This document shows, piece after piece, positions 1-10,094 of a stretch of 64,000 nt of DNA. The stretch comes from an uncultured Bacillales bacterium (GTDB taxonomy: Bacteria; Bacillota_I; Bacilli_A; RFN20; CAG-826): NCBI GenBank assembly GCA_937902735.1, contig CALELS010000013.1:204321-268320 (forward strand), given 5' to 3'. A model generated the notes under the pieces. The model had not been told where the DNA came from. It saw only the letters and a program-made list of their open reading frames with translations, and did no database searches. How positions within the stretch are numbered: position 1 is the stretch's first letter; the number at the start of each line of letters is the position of its first letter. The translations under genes and the position numbers were made by a program.

Positions 1-829
1 GTCCCATCGGAACAACTTTAATTTCTTTGAATGGGACTTCTTCTTTTATTTTGCTAACTAAAAGTTCTAAGTCTTCTTGTTTACATTCAGCATCAGAAAT
101 CCAGCATACTTGTTCTTCAGGTTTAACAACTTCAGCTTTGGTCATTTCAACAAGTCTTAATAAAGCATTACGACGACCTTTAACTTTTTCGATAGCATAG
201 TTGTTACCAATAGCATCAGAAATAAGTATTGGTTTCAAACCAAATAAGTTACCAAAGAAAGCTTTCGAAGCTTTTACACGACCAGCTCTTTTTAATGTGT
301 CGAGGTTTTCAACTGTAGCAAGTTGATGATATCTAAGTTTGTTTTCTTCAAAATAAGTAGCAATTTCACCAATTGTCTTACCAGCATCACGCATATCAGC
401 AGCATGCATGAGCATTAAACCTTGGCCAACACAAGCACAAAGAGAATCAACCATAAACATTTTTTGGTTTGGATATTTCTTTGAATATTTTTCAGCAACA
501 AGTCTACGAGCGAGTTGGATTGAAGCTGAAAGTGCGCTTGAGCAGCTAATGTAGAGGATATCTTCGCCTTTGGCTAAATGTCTTTCGAACACTAAGTCAA
601 ATTCTTGTTCGGTAACTTGGCTTGTGAAGACACGTGTTCCTCCAGCTAACATATCAAAGTAATCGGCATGGGAGATATCTTCCCAATCAAGGGAAGCATA
701 GATTTCATGTTCTTTCTTTTCTTTGTCAGTCCATGAAACTCTCATGCGGCAGTAATCAATATCACGGTTTTTGCGGATTTCAGGGGTGAGATCACATGTG
801 GAATCACCAATGATTGCAATTTTGTTCAT
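1..829 (-). CDS. DegV family fatty-acid-binding protein (C-terminal end lies beyond the window edge)
   Basis: Absent from the ORF track because it runs off the edge. Reverse-strand translation from the ATG at 829 gives MNKIAIIGDSTCDLTPEIRKNRDIDY..., the DegV N-terminal IAIxxDSTxDL signature. The frame stays open to position 1. Confidence 0.85.
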   Translation of the reverse strand, partial: MNKIAIIGDSTCDLTPEIRKNRDIDYCRMRVSWTDKEKKEHEIYASLDWEDISHADYFDMLAGGTRVFTSQVTEQEFDLVFERHLAKGEDILYISCSSALSASIQLARRLVAEKYSKKYPNQKMFMVDSLCACVGQGLMLMHAADMRDAGKTIGEIATYFEENKLRYHQLATVENLDTLKRAGRVKASKAFFGNLFGLKPILISDAIGNNYAIEKVKGRRNALLRLVEMTKAEVVKPEEQVCWISDAECKQEDLELLVSKIKEEVPFKEIKVVPMG

Positions 830-922
830 TATTTAAACCTTCTTTCTTGTTTTCCTTCTCGAAAACAGCGAGTAAAACTATATATATAAAATATAAAGTA
901 GGCAATAGACAATACTTAGCAT

Positions 923-952
923 TTGCCAATAAAACGACATTTTTGCTATAAT
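923..952 (+). promoter_or_regulatory. Candidate sigma-A promoter of the TetR operon
   Basis: TTGCCA (923-928), an 18-nt spacer, then TGCTATAAT with TATAAT at 947-952 (extended -10). AGGT lies 8 nt before the ATG at 976. A GGCAA...TTGCC inverted repeat overlaps the -35. Confidence 0.4.
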
Positions 953-975
953 GCCTATTATCGAGGTATCTAAAT

Positions 976-1536
976 ATGGAAGATCTTAGAGTTAGGAAAA
1001 CAAAGAGCAATATTGAGAACGCTACGATGCAATTAATCGAGGAAAAAGGATTCTCAAACGTTCGTATGGTAGATATTGCAGAAAGAGCAATGGTGAATAG
1101 AAACACTATATATCTTCATTATGAATCAAAAGAAGAGATCATCATTTCAATAGTTGATAATAACTTCTCAAGCGCGTGGGAAGGCATGAACATAGAACAA
1201 ATCAAAGGATTAAAACCTAATCGAAAAAATCTAAATCTTATCTTTAATAATTTGTTCAATGCTTTGAATGAAAATATTGAATTATTTAGAATCATCCTTA
1301 CTGATAACTCATTATCTGGATATTTAGATAAAAGAATTTTAAAAATTAGAAACGCTGTTCAGGAAACCCTTAAACCTACTAAGAGAAATCAAATTGGTAT
1401 AGAATACTTGGTGCAAGGAATCTATGGCGTTATCAAAAAATGGATCATATATGATGTTGGTACTATTGAAGAAAACGCCAAAATCCTAACAGAATTCACT
1501 TATATGAATCTTCATTATTTATATTTAACGAGGTAA
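976..1536 (+). CDS. TetR/AcrR family transcriptional regulator
   Basis: The N-terminal HTH region (KTKSNIENATMQLIEEKGFSNVRMVDIAERAMVNRNTIYLHYESKEE) and the size of about 190 aa are typical of TetR_N proteins. Confidence 0.85.
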   Translation: MEDLRVRKTKSNIENATMQLIEEKGFSNVRMVDIAERAMVNRNTIYLHYESKEEIIISIVDNNFSSAWEGMNIEQIKGLKPNRKNLNLIFNNLFNALNENIELFRIILTDNSLSGYLDKRILKIRNAVQETLKPTKRNQIGIEYLVQGIYGVIKKWIIYDVGTIEENAKILTEFTYMNLHYLYLTR

Positions 1537-1545
1537 TACGTAATT

Positions 1546-2508
1546 ATGACTAATATTAGAAAAACATTTCATCTTCGTGAAGTAACTATAGCTTTTGTCA
1601 TTACTATTGCTGCACTTCTTTCTGGTTTATTTCTAGATTGGAGTGTTACTAACCAATTGTTCAATCCAACAAATGTAAGTTGGTATGGAATTATCTTTAG
1701 TGGAATTGGTGAACTTCCTGTAATTATTGCTCTATATGTTTCAGGAGCAGGATTAATTATCGCTAGAAGAAGAAAACCTATTTGGTTACAAGTAATTATG
1801 TTTATTTGTGCAATCGGAGCATTCTTATTCGCTCTATATTATTGCTACGATACATTTACTGATTTAGCTAAATTTAAACAAACAGAGGATTACTCAACAC
1901 TTATTAAGATACTTGGGGTTTTATTCTCTTTATTTATGGGTGCAGCAGTATTGTTACCTATGTTCCTACTTTCAAAAAAATTTGATAAAGAGATACTTTT
2001 GAAAGTATCAATTATCTTATTCTTCTCAATTGTAACAGTTGTCTTATGTGGTCAATTCTTGAAATATTTTGTTGGAAGAGAAAGACCTTTTAGCGCATAT
2101 CATAACGAAGATTCTTATTCTCATTATGATTCGCTTTGGTCAATTCACCCATTCCGTGCGTTGTGCTTAAAATTCCACATTGGACCTTATTCATTTAATG
2201 AAGGTGATAAAACAGATTATTTCAAATCATTCCCAAGTGGACATTCAATGTATGCAGCGTTTGGAATGCTTTTATACCCATTATTAACATTGTTAAATCC
2301 TAAAACAAAAGAATGTCGTCCTTTACAAATTTCAATGTTTTATTTGGGACTTGTTTGGACATTAATTGTTACATCTTCAAGAATTGTTGCAGGATATCAC
2401 TATTTAACTGATGTCTCTTCAGGAACACTTCTGACACTTACAGTTTCTTTAATAGCAATCATTGTTATCTCAAAGATTATCAAGGACAAAAAACTACTAA
2501 CTGATTAA
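1546..2508 (+). CDS. PAP2-family membrane phosphatase
   Basis: It is a polytopic membrane protein carrying all three PAP2 motifs: KYFVGRERP, FPSGHS and SRIVAGYHYLTDV. Confidence 0.8.
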   Translation: MTNIRKTFHLREVTIAFVITIAALLSGLFLDWSVTNQLFNPTNVSWYGIIFSGIGELPVIIALYVSGAGLIIARRRKPIWLQVIMFICAIGAFLFALYYCYDTFTDLAKFKQTEDYSTLIKILGVLFSLFMGAAVLLPMFLLSKKFDKEILLKVSIILFFSIVTVVLCGQFLKYFVGRERPFSAYHNEDSYSHYDSLWSIHPFRALCLKFHIGPYSFNEGDKTDYFKSFPSGHSMYAAFGMLLYPLLTLLNPKTKECRPLQISMFYLGLVWTLIVTSSRIVAGYHYLTDVSSGTLLTLTVSLIAIIVISKIIKDKKLLTD

Positions 2509-2510
2509 AG

Positions 2511-3617
2511 ATGTATAAGCCAGATTTTAATAATTCAATAACAAACTTCTCAAATTCAATTTTGAAGAGATTTAATGTTGATACTTATCATCCTTCAATT
2601 AAAAAGATTGATGATTTAATCAAAAATAAGAAAAAGATAGTTGTATTCTTGTTTGATGGAATTGGAGACAATATTCTTAAACTTCACTTAAATGAAAAAT
2701 CATATTTAAGAAGCCATGTAGTACACACAATGGATGCAACATTTCCTCCTACAACTGTTGCTTCTACCAATTCTCTATTAAGTGGAAAATTCCCAATCGA
2801 AAATGGATGGATTGGTTGGTCACAGTATTTCAAAGATTATAACCGTAATGTCGCAGTATTTTGGAACACCGATGATGATACAGATGAATATTTAGGAAAA
2901 GAATCTATTATTCGTAAATATGCTTCATATGAAAGAATTGATAGTCTAATTAATAAAGTAAATAAAAAGAATATTGCAAAAGCTATTTTTGGTCATCCAA
3001 TTGACAGTAGAGATAAGAGAGTTAGATTCTTAAACAAATTTATTAATCGCGCTTTTGCGTCCGCCGATTCAAAAGAACAATCCTTCATTTATGCTTATTG
3101 GAATAAACCTGATTCAATCTTGCATGTAAAAGGCACTAAGAGTGAACGTGTTCACAACAACATTTTAAAGATACAGAAATTACTTAAATATAATGCAAAA
3201 AAACACCCAGAAGTCGCCTATTTTGTTATTGCGGACCATGGATTAATAGATGTTGATTATCTTTCTCTTTCATCTCATCCTGATTTAGTAGAAACACTTG
3301 TTAGATATCCATCTTTTGAATCAAGAACATCAAACTTCTTTGTCAAAGATGGAAAGAAAGAAGTGTTTAGTAAACTATTCAAAGAATATTTTGGAAAATA
3401 TTTTGAACTATACACAAAAGAAGAAGTGTTCGAAAACCATATGTTTGGAGAAGGTACTCCACATAAAATGGCTAATGAATTTATCGGTGATTTTATCGCA
3501 GTTGCCATCGATAAATATTGTTTATCTATGAATGATTATCCTCATAAATTAAAAGCCCACCATGCTGGCGGGACTAAAGAAGAATTTTTAATTGATGTAA
3601 TGTATTTTGGGGATTAA
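2511..3617 (+). CDS. Alkaline-phosphatase-superfamily protein (type I phosphodiesterase / nucleotide pyrophosphatase-like)
   Basis: Motifs are VFLFDGIGD (metal Asp), FPPTTVASTNSLLSGKFP (nucleophile Thr region), IADHG and AHHAGGT near the C-terminus. It starts 2 nt after the PAP2 stop. Confidence 0.55.
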   Translation: MYKPDFNNSITNFSNSILKRFNVDTYHPSIKKIDDLIKNKKKIVVFLFDGIGDNILKLHLNEKSYLRSHVVHTMDATFPPTTVASTNSLLSGKFPIENGWIGWSQYFKDYNRNVAVFWNTDDDTDEYLGKESIIRKYASYERIDSLINKVNKKNIAKAIFGHPIDSRDKRVRFLNKFINRAFASADSKEQSFIYAYWNKPDSILHVKGTKSERVHNNILKIQKLLKYNAKKHPEVAYFVIADHGLIDVDYLSLSSHPDLVETLVRYPSFESRTSNFFVKDGKKEVFSKLFKEYFGKYFELYTKEEVFENHMFGEGTPHKMANEFIGDFIAVAIDKYCLSMNDYPHKLKAHHAGGTKEEFLIDVMYFGD

Positions 3618-4856
3618 TTATTTCTTAATCCTATCCCAATATTCCTTGGCAGCTTGTTCTACCTTATTCTCTCCATAAATATAATATTTAGCATCCTTAA
3701 TATCATCAGGCAAATATTGTTGCTTTACATAATGATTTTTAAAGTCATGAGGATAGAGATAATTCTGTCCTTTTATTTTTGCATCTTCACCATCAAAATG
3801 AGTGTTTTGAAGTTGTCTTGGGACACTATTGCCTTTACCGGAATTAATATCAGCTAATGCTCTATCATAAGCCATATATGCAGAATTTGATTTAGGAGCG
3901 GTTGCAATTAGAATTGTCGCATTTACCAAAGGTAATCTAGCTTCAGGCATACCAAGTTGTAATGCTGAATCTACACATGCTTTAACAATTGGAATTAGTT
4001 GAGGATAAGCAAGACCAACGTCTTCACTTACAGAGCAAAGAAGCCTTCTACTTGCCGCAACAATATCACCTGTCTCAAGTAACTTAGCAAGATAGAATGT
4101 AGCAGCATCTGGATCACTACCTCTAAGTGATTTCATGAAAGCAGATAGATTATCGAAGTGTTTATCTTCACTTCTATCGTAAGAAATATTGGCTTTGATG
4201 ATTAGATTATCAACCATTATAGAAGTAATCTTAGTTTCATTTTTCTTAAGTGAATTAAGCAAGAAATCAAAATTATTAACAGCCTTACGCATGTCTCCAT
4301 TGCTACTAGTAGCAAGTTTCAATAATGCTTCATTTTCAAATGTAACACCAACCTTCTTAGCAATCTTCTTTAAACCTAAAGATATTTCATCAATCGATAA
4401 AGCTTTAAATTCGAAGACAACACATCTAGAAATTAATGCAGGATAAATGTAGAAATAAGGATTTTCAGTAGTAGATGCAATTAAGGTAATATCACCAGAT
4501 TCAACAAATTCAAGCAGGCTCTGCTGTTGTTTTTTGTTTAAATATTGAATTTCATCGAGATATAGAAGAAGTCCATTTTGATTTAAAACAGAATCAATTT
4601 CTCCAATAACTTTTTTAATATCGTCAGTAGATGCTTGAGTGCCATTTAACTTAAATAAAGTCATATTAGCGTTAGTTGCAATGATATTAGCAACCGTTGT
4701 CTTTCCAATGCCTGGAGGACCATAAAAAATCATGTTTGGTACATGGTTCTTATTAATGACTTTACGAAATACACTATCCTTAGATAATAGATGACTTTGG
4801 CCAACAACATCATCCAAAGATGTAGGTCTTAATAAATCTGCAAGTGGTTTATCCAT
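3618..4856 (-). CDS. rarA: Replication-associated recombination protein A (AAA+ ATPase)
   Basis: N-terminus LADLLRPTSLDDVVGQSHLL, Walker A GPPGIGKTT, Walker B LLYLDEIQ, and a conserved MgsA C-terminal domain. Confidence 0.9.
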   Translation of the reverse strand: MDKPLADLLRPTSLDDVVGQSHLLSKDSVFRKVINKNHVPNMIFYGPPGIGKTTVANIIATNANMTLFKLNGTQASTDDIKKVIGEIDSVLNQNGLLLYLDEIQYLNKKQQQSLLEFVESGDITLIASTTENPYFYIYPALISRCVVFEFKALSIDEISLGLKKIAKKVGVTFENEALLKLATSSNGDMRKAVNNFDFLLNSLKKNETKITSIMVDNLIIKANISYDRSEDKHFDNLSAFMKSLRGSDPDAATFYLAKLLETGDIVAASRRLLCSVSEDVGLAYPQLIPIVKACVDSALQLGMPEARLPLVNATILIATAPKSNSAYMAYDRALADINSGKGNSVPRQLQNTHFDGEDAKIKGQNYLYPHDFKNHYVKQQYLPDDIKDAKYYIYGENKVEQAAKEYWDRIKK

Positions 4857-4891
4857 AAATTAATGATAGTTTATAACTGTCATTAAATCAA

Positions 4892-7657
4892 CTAAATATC
4901 GTATTTAGACGCTATTTGATTTGGTGTCTTTGCAAGAAGTCCCCAAAGTGGAATCATCGTACCTAACAACGAAATACCATAGGTAAGCACTAGAACAATT
5001 AAGAATAGCCAGAATGGAACAGCAAATAAACCAAATGATCCTGCAAATATCCATTCTGCAACGAAGGCAACTAAGACTCCGATAAATATCGTAAATAAAT
5101 AATTGATTAAATCTTTTGAGATAAATATGCGATACACATCACTCTTCTTTGTTCCTAAGGAACGGAAAACAGATATAGAGTAAATGTGTCTTATCATATT
5201 TGAACGAGTTGAGATCAAAACAAGGATTAACATCAGTACTAAAAGAAGACCACAAACAGATACCATGATAATATTTGAACTATTAGTTAATGAAGCTTGG
5301 TTTGCTTCGTTAATTGCTGCTCTAGTTGATTTATATGCATATTGAGTAGTTGGAGGTAAATCGGCATTTATAAAATTCATAGTTGTCTTATAATTATCAG
5401 AATAAATTGCTGACTTATAAGCAGTTGAGTAATTCGTAGTAATTTGACCAAGATAATCCTGAGCTAAGTTGCGAATTGATTTAAATGTTTCGGTCGAATA
5501 AATTGTGTGGAAAGTTGTATAGATTGTTCCAAGATTCAAATTGTTTGCTTTATAGTGACCAACAATATTCTTCGATGTGGTTTGATTGTTTTCAGAAACA
5601 AGATATTCTCCATAACCTTTAGGATATCTTCCATCCACTAAAACGAAATCGCTACCGGTTGGAATATCACTAGATAAAGCAAATAAAGAGAATGCTTCTT
5701 TTCCACCACGAGTTTTGTAAATATTTACATCGCTTTCATTATCTAAAAGCACAAGAGGTCGGCTATTTTCGAAAGTTCCAACAACATTAAATAAGTCAAA
5801 ATCTTCTGCTAAGTCTTCATTGAAATAGCGAGTTGCTGCGCTTGAAATAAGAACATTAATTGGCGTGTCAACTGGATGTTCTTCATCTGGTTCGACCCTT
5901 TCGTTTACTGGAGTGATTGTACCTGTCTCAACATTCTCTTTAAGATCAAAGTCCATATCATTTAGTAACGAGAATGTTGTATCAGTAGTAGAAAGTAAAC
6001 CTTGGTAAACGCTATATTCACCAGCTCTAGTTAAATAAATAGTCGGGACTCTGTTTTCAACAATACCAGTAATTGTTGGAGTTACATCAACAGCATTGGC
6101 AGTAACTCTATGTCCATTACTACGATAGAATTCCTTTCCAAGTAGATACTCATATTTGTAACCACGTGCAGCATATTGTGGAATAGCTGAAGTAATTAAA
6201 CCTGTTGAAATCATAATTTCATCAGCTTCAGTAGCCTTCTTTCCATAACGTGGATTTGGATTTTCATCATTCACGCTTGGTACATGAATATAAGCACATG
6301 CATAATCAGCGGATACACCAGTAATTTTGCCTAAACCTAAGGAGTATGAATTTACGTTAATTGACGTCACAAGTCCCCTAAATTTGGATTCTTCATAATT
6401 TTCCACCGCTCTTAAAACATCTTTCTGTCTTAGTGACTCATATCTACCTGCAGAGATTTCAATTGATGCTATAGATAAGGAAGAAAGTTCCATAGTTTGA
6501 AGTGCTTTAATATATTCAGCAGAGAAGAATGTGTAATAAGTAAAGAATGATACAACTGAGATACCAACACCCATTAGACCAAATAAAATCTTATAAGCTG
6601 TTGTTTTAAATTTGGCTTCATGGAAGAAAGCAAAAAATGCTTGTCTTAGAAGAATATGGAATGGAACATGTTTTCTTTGAACATCATCAAACGAGGAGTG
6701 ATCAAATGTAGATATCTTCTCGTTCTTGTCTTCTTTTTTCTTGATAGGTCTAGTTTCTAAAATATTGATAGATTTATCGTTGACGATAACTGAATCATCT
6801 ACAAATAGATATTTACGACCATCTTTTTCTATAATTTTAATATCTAATTCAAGATTCTTTCCATCGGTAGAATATACATCTGTTTTAATTCCGCCAGCTT
6901 CATTTGTGGTGTGTTTAAAATCAGAAAGATAAAGCGAATCATGTTTACCTTTTAAATCTTTTAGAGAGTGAGTTGGAACATTGGTTTCATCAGAAATGAT
7001 AGAACCATCTTTGTATCTTATAATTCTATCTGCAAACGCGACTGCTAGATTCTCGTTATGAGTAACCATAATAACGAGATATTTTTTGGATATATCGCGT
7101 AAAATGCGCATAATCTCCACCGAATTCTCGCTATCGAGGTTTCCAGTAGGTTCATCAGCAATAATGATTTTTGGTAATTTTGCAATTGCTCTTGCAATAC
7201 CAATTCTTTGTTTTTGACCACCAGATAAAGAGTTGGCGGCTTTCCTTCTATATTTAGTCATGCCAACAGCTTTCAAAGCTTCATTGGTTCTTTTCTTTCT
7301 TTCGGCTTTGTCTTGAATTCCAGCGAGTTTTAAAGATGTATCAACATTTTCAAAAACTGTTTCATCAGACATTACTAAATAGTTTTGGAAAATATAGCCA
7401 ATATTTTTAGAACGATATTTATCAATATCATTCATTTTATATTTATCAAATTTAAGATCTTCGTATGTTATTGTTCCATCATGGAAGTCATCAAGACCAC
7501 CTATAACGTTAAGTAAAGTGGTTTTACCACTTCCAGATTTACCTAAAATCGTAATGAATCCATTATCTGGCAATTCTAAAGAAACGTTATTGATAACGTG
7601 AATTTCGTTTGAACGTCCTTTGTTAAAGTATTTATTTAGATTGGAGACTTTTATCAT
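4892..7657 (-). CDS. ABC transporter, fused ATPase and FtsX/MacB-like permease with a large extracytoplasmic domain
   Basis: Walker A GKSGSGKTT, signature LSGGQKQR, Walker B IIIADEPTGNLD and H-loop VTHN lie in the first 225 aa or so. One TM follows, then a roughly 400-aa non-membrane region and a C-terminal cluster of TM helices. Confidence 0.85.
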   Translation of the reverse strand: MIKVSNLNKYFNKGRSNEIHVINNVSLELPDNGFITILGKSGSGKTTLLNVIGGLDDFHDGTITYEDLKFDKYKMNDIDKYRSKNIGYIFQNYLVMSDETVFENVDTSLKLAGIQDKAERKKRTNEALKAVGMTKYRRKAANSLSGGQKQRIGIARAIAKLPKIIIADEPTGNLDSENSVEIMRILRDISKKYLVIMVTHNENLAVAFADRIIRYKDGSIISDETNVPTHSLKDLKGKHDSLYLSDFKHTTNEAGGIKTDVYSTDGKNLELDIKIIEKDGRKYLFVDDSVIVNDKSINILETRPIKKKEDKNEKISTFDHSSFDDVQRKHVPFHILLRQAFFAFFHEAKFKTTAYKILFGLMGVGISVVSFFTYYTFFSAEYIKALQTMELSSLSIASIEISAGRYESLRQKDVLRAVENYEESKFRGLVTSINVNSYSLGLGKITGVSADYACAYIHVPSVNDENPNPRYGKKATEADEIMISTGLITSAIPQYAARGYKYEYLLGKEFYRSNGHRVTANAVDVTPTITGIVENRVPTIYLTRAGEYSVYQGLLSTTDTTFSLLNDMDFDLKENVETGTITPVNERVEPDEEHPVDTPINVLISSAATRYFNEDLAEDFDLFNVVGTFENSRPLVLLDNESDVNIYKTRGGKEAFSLFALSSDIPTGSDFVLVDGRYPKGYGEYLVSENNQTTSKNIVGHYKANNLNLGTIYTTFHTIYSTETFKSIRNLAQDYLGQITTNYSTAYKSAIYSDNYKTTMNFINADLPPTTQYAYKSTRAAINEANQASLTNSSNIIMVSVCGLLLVLMLILVLISTRSNMIRHIYSISVFRSLGTKKSDVYRIFISKDLINYLFTIFIGVLVAFVAEWIFAGSFGLFAVPFWLFLIVLVLTYGISLLGTMIPLWGLLAKTPNQIASKYDI

Positions 7658-10014
7658 AATAATTCGCCTCCTTTTCTAAGGTTGTTTGCTAAAGTTTTCT
7701 TCATGAATTTATTCATAATCCATGTTGAAACAAGGAACGCAAACAATACATTGAATAAGAAATAAATAACAATGAATAGCGGTGAACTTAAATAGGAATA
7801 TATTGTATTAAACACATTAGCAAAACCTTGTAGATATACATCATATAACTCACTATAAAGGCTTCCTTCATATAGTTTTGATCCAGCAATACCCGAGGTA
7901 ATCAAGAATGTTAGATATGAGGTCAGGGATGTAATTGCAAAGAATATAAACATCTCAACCATATTGATAAATCTAACTGCTTGTTGTGAGAAAGATAGTG
8001 ATAATAAGATTGCGTAGTCTTTTTTACGAGAATTATAAATTGCACCTAAAATGAGTGATCCTAGGAAGGCAATTAAAATTGATGAACCACCAAATGCAAC
8101 GACATATCCAATGATAAATAATATGAATTTATAACCATCGTTATTCATCGAAATAATGGAGTTCTGAGCGATATCACTACGATAAGCAATGAATGAATGA
8201 GACAATAATGTTTTAACAATAGCATTAGAATCTTTGGCATTATCAGTGTAAATTGATGCATATTGTTTTGAGTTAGCAAACAACGCTGTGAATGCTGCTT
8301 CATGGAGATATACCTCGCTATCTAGTTGATCCGTATAGACAATTTTGTCTGAATCATGAGGAATAGTAACTGAAGCTCCTCTTAATGTAATTGTTAAATC
8401 GAATCCATTATAAACATCGGAAACATAGATTTTCTTCCAATCAGTCGTTTCTTGACGAGCGGTATCATCTTCTCCGCCCTCATAAGTTCGAATATAACCA
8501 TTTGAATTAAATGATGAAACCATAGTGCCAAAAGAGTATGTTGCTTCACCACTATATGGATTTGTGTGACTATCATAAAAATTGTTTTGAGTCTCGAAGG
8601 CTTTCTTCAAGTTATCTCTAACAACCTGCAAACCTTCTTTGGTGAGAATAATCGTATAATCAGATTTATTATCATCAACAAGACAAACACCAGTAGGTTT
8701 TAATTTAATGTCTCCTAATTTTGATTTCAGTGACTCGGGGACAATTGTGAAGTACTTAGGGGACATGAATTGTTGTTTGAATTCAGATATTGCATCTCTA
8801 TCTGTTGCAAAACGTTCATATTGTGTTTTTGAAACACCTATGGCAACTTCATCTGCGGCTTCAGGAGCTTTTCCGAGTGTTGCAAAAAACTTGTATGAAG
8901 ATTTCATTAGCCCAATTTCACTGCAATTAAGAGCTTGATATGAATAAGGTGAATCTTTAGGGTACAGCGTATATTGTGACTGGCTGGTTAAAACAGATCC
9001 ATAATCAACAACATATTGTTTTTCAAATTCAAAAGAGCTAATTTCTGAGCCGTTTTCGCCTTTGCCAAATACCAAAACTCTATTTTCAGAATGGTGTAAT
9101 TTATCAGCATAAGTATCGTTCGTGCTAGTAATTTCTTCTGAGGCTGGTTTGATAAGAGAAAACGCTCCAGTTAATAGTCCAACCGATGATAAAGAAATAA
9201 CGTAAGCAATTAATAAGGAAAGAATTGATTTCTTTGGAGTAGAAATTGTGTCTCTAAATCCAGTTGATAAAATTGCTGGGAATTTTGTTTTAGCTTTGTG
9301 TGATACATCAAGTGTTCCTTCAGTTGGCTTATTTTCTAAAGGAACATCAAATTGCAAGTGAGAATCACTCATTTGAATTCTTCTTGTAGCAACATGTTCA
9401 ATTGAAGAGAAATCATGTGTAACATAAAGAATTAATTTTCCTGGTGAGACTTCTTTTAATAAATTAATTACTTGGACAGCAGTCTCACTATCAAGGTTAC
9501 CGGTTGGTTCATCACAAGCAATAATTGGGGTGTTGGAAACAAGTGCTCTAGCAATAACAGTACGTTGTTTTTCACCGCCAGAAAGATGAGTAGCTTTATG
9601 ATTGCGAACTTTTGTTAATCCAACTTTTTCAATTGATTCTAGTGCAATACGTTTTGCTTCTTTGTGAGAATATCCTCTAGATAAAAGCGGAAGCATTACA
9701 TTTCTTAAAACGGTAAAAGAATCAACCAGATTATATTCTTGGAAAATAAAACTAACATAGTTAGCACGATAATCTGCAAAATCTTTTTTACTAAATTCAA
9801 CTGTCGATTTGTTATCAATGAATAATTCGCCTTCTTCATATGAATCCATCATTGAAATAACGTTTAAAAGAGTGGATTTACCACTTCCGGATTCTCCAGT
9901 AATTGCGACAAATTCACCCAAATTAAATTCAAGTGAAACATTCTGGATACCGATTGCAGTAACTCCATCGTTGTTATATATCTTGCTTACTTGATCTAAT
10001 TTTATCATCGACAT
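7654..10014 (-). CDS. ABC transporter, fused ATPase and FtsX/MacB-like permease (paralogous partner of the downstream gene)
   Basis: GESGSGKST, LSGGEKQR, IIACDEPTGNLD and VTHD. The start is set at the ATG at 10014 (MSMIKLDQVSKIY), because the track start at 10080 would run through the folA terminator hairpin. There is a 4-nt ATGA overlap with the next gene. Confidence 0.85.
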   Translation of the reverse strand: MSMIKLDQVSKIYNNDGVTAIGIQNVSLEFNLGEFVAITGESGSGKSTLLNVISMMDSYEEGELFIDNKSTVEFSKKDFADYRANYVSFIFQEYNLVDSFTVLRNVMLPLLSRGYSHKEAKRIALESIEKVGLTKVRNHKATHLSGGEKQRTVIARALVSNTPIIACDEPTGNLDSETAVQVINLLKEVSPGKLILYVTHDFSSIEHVATRRIQMSDSHLQFDVPLENKPTEGTLDVSHKAKTKFPAILSTGFRDTISTPKKSILSLLIAYVISLSSVGLLTGAFSLIKPASEEITSTNDTYADKLHHSENRVLVFGKGENGSEISSFEFEKQYVVDYGSVLTSQSQYTLYPKDSPYSYQALNCSEIGLMKSSYKFFATLGKAPEAADEVAIGVSKTQYERFATDRDAISEFKQQFMSPKYFTIVPESLKSKLGDIKLKPTGVCLVDDNKSDYTIILTKEGLQVVRDNLKKAFETQNNFYDSHTNPYSGEATYSFGTMVSSFNSNGYIRTYEGGEDDTARQETTDWKKIYVSDVYNGFDLTITLRGASVTIPHDSDKIVYTDQLDSEVYLHEAAFTALFANSKQYASIYTDNAKDSNAIVKTLLSHSFIAYRSDIAQNSIISMNNDGYKFILFIIGYVVAFGGSSILIAFLGSLILGAIYNSRKKDYAILLSLSFSQQAVRFINMVEMFIFFAITSLTSYLTFLITSGIAGSKLYEGSLYSELYDVYLQGFANVFNTIYSYLSSPLFIVIYFLFNVLFAFLVSTWIMNKFMKKTLANNLRKGGELL

Positions 10015-10051
10015 AACGCGTACAATTATTGCACACATACGCAGACATATG

Positions 10052-10077
10052 CAAAAAAATCGCCATAAAAGCGATTT
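10052..10077 (-). terminator. Rho-independent terminator after folA
   Basis: On the minus strand, AATCGC / GCGATT stem (10058-10063 and 10071-10076) followed by a U-run (plus-strand A-run at 10053-10059). Confidence 0.6.
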
Positions 10078-10094
10078 CATAAAAATATTAAATT

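Noticed and set aside
804-1106. 100-aa minus-strand ORF in the track
   Set aside because: It overlaps the DegV start, the intergenic promoter and the TetR HTH region in antisense. Its composition is hydrophobic and low-complexity, typical of AT-rich antisense frames, and it has no ribosome-binding site.
10015-10080. N-terminal extension MKSLLWRFFCICLRMCAIIVRV of the second ABC gene
   Set aside because: It would be translated through the folA terminator hairpin and promoter-like sequence. The conserved ABC N-terminus begins at MIKLDQVSKIY.
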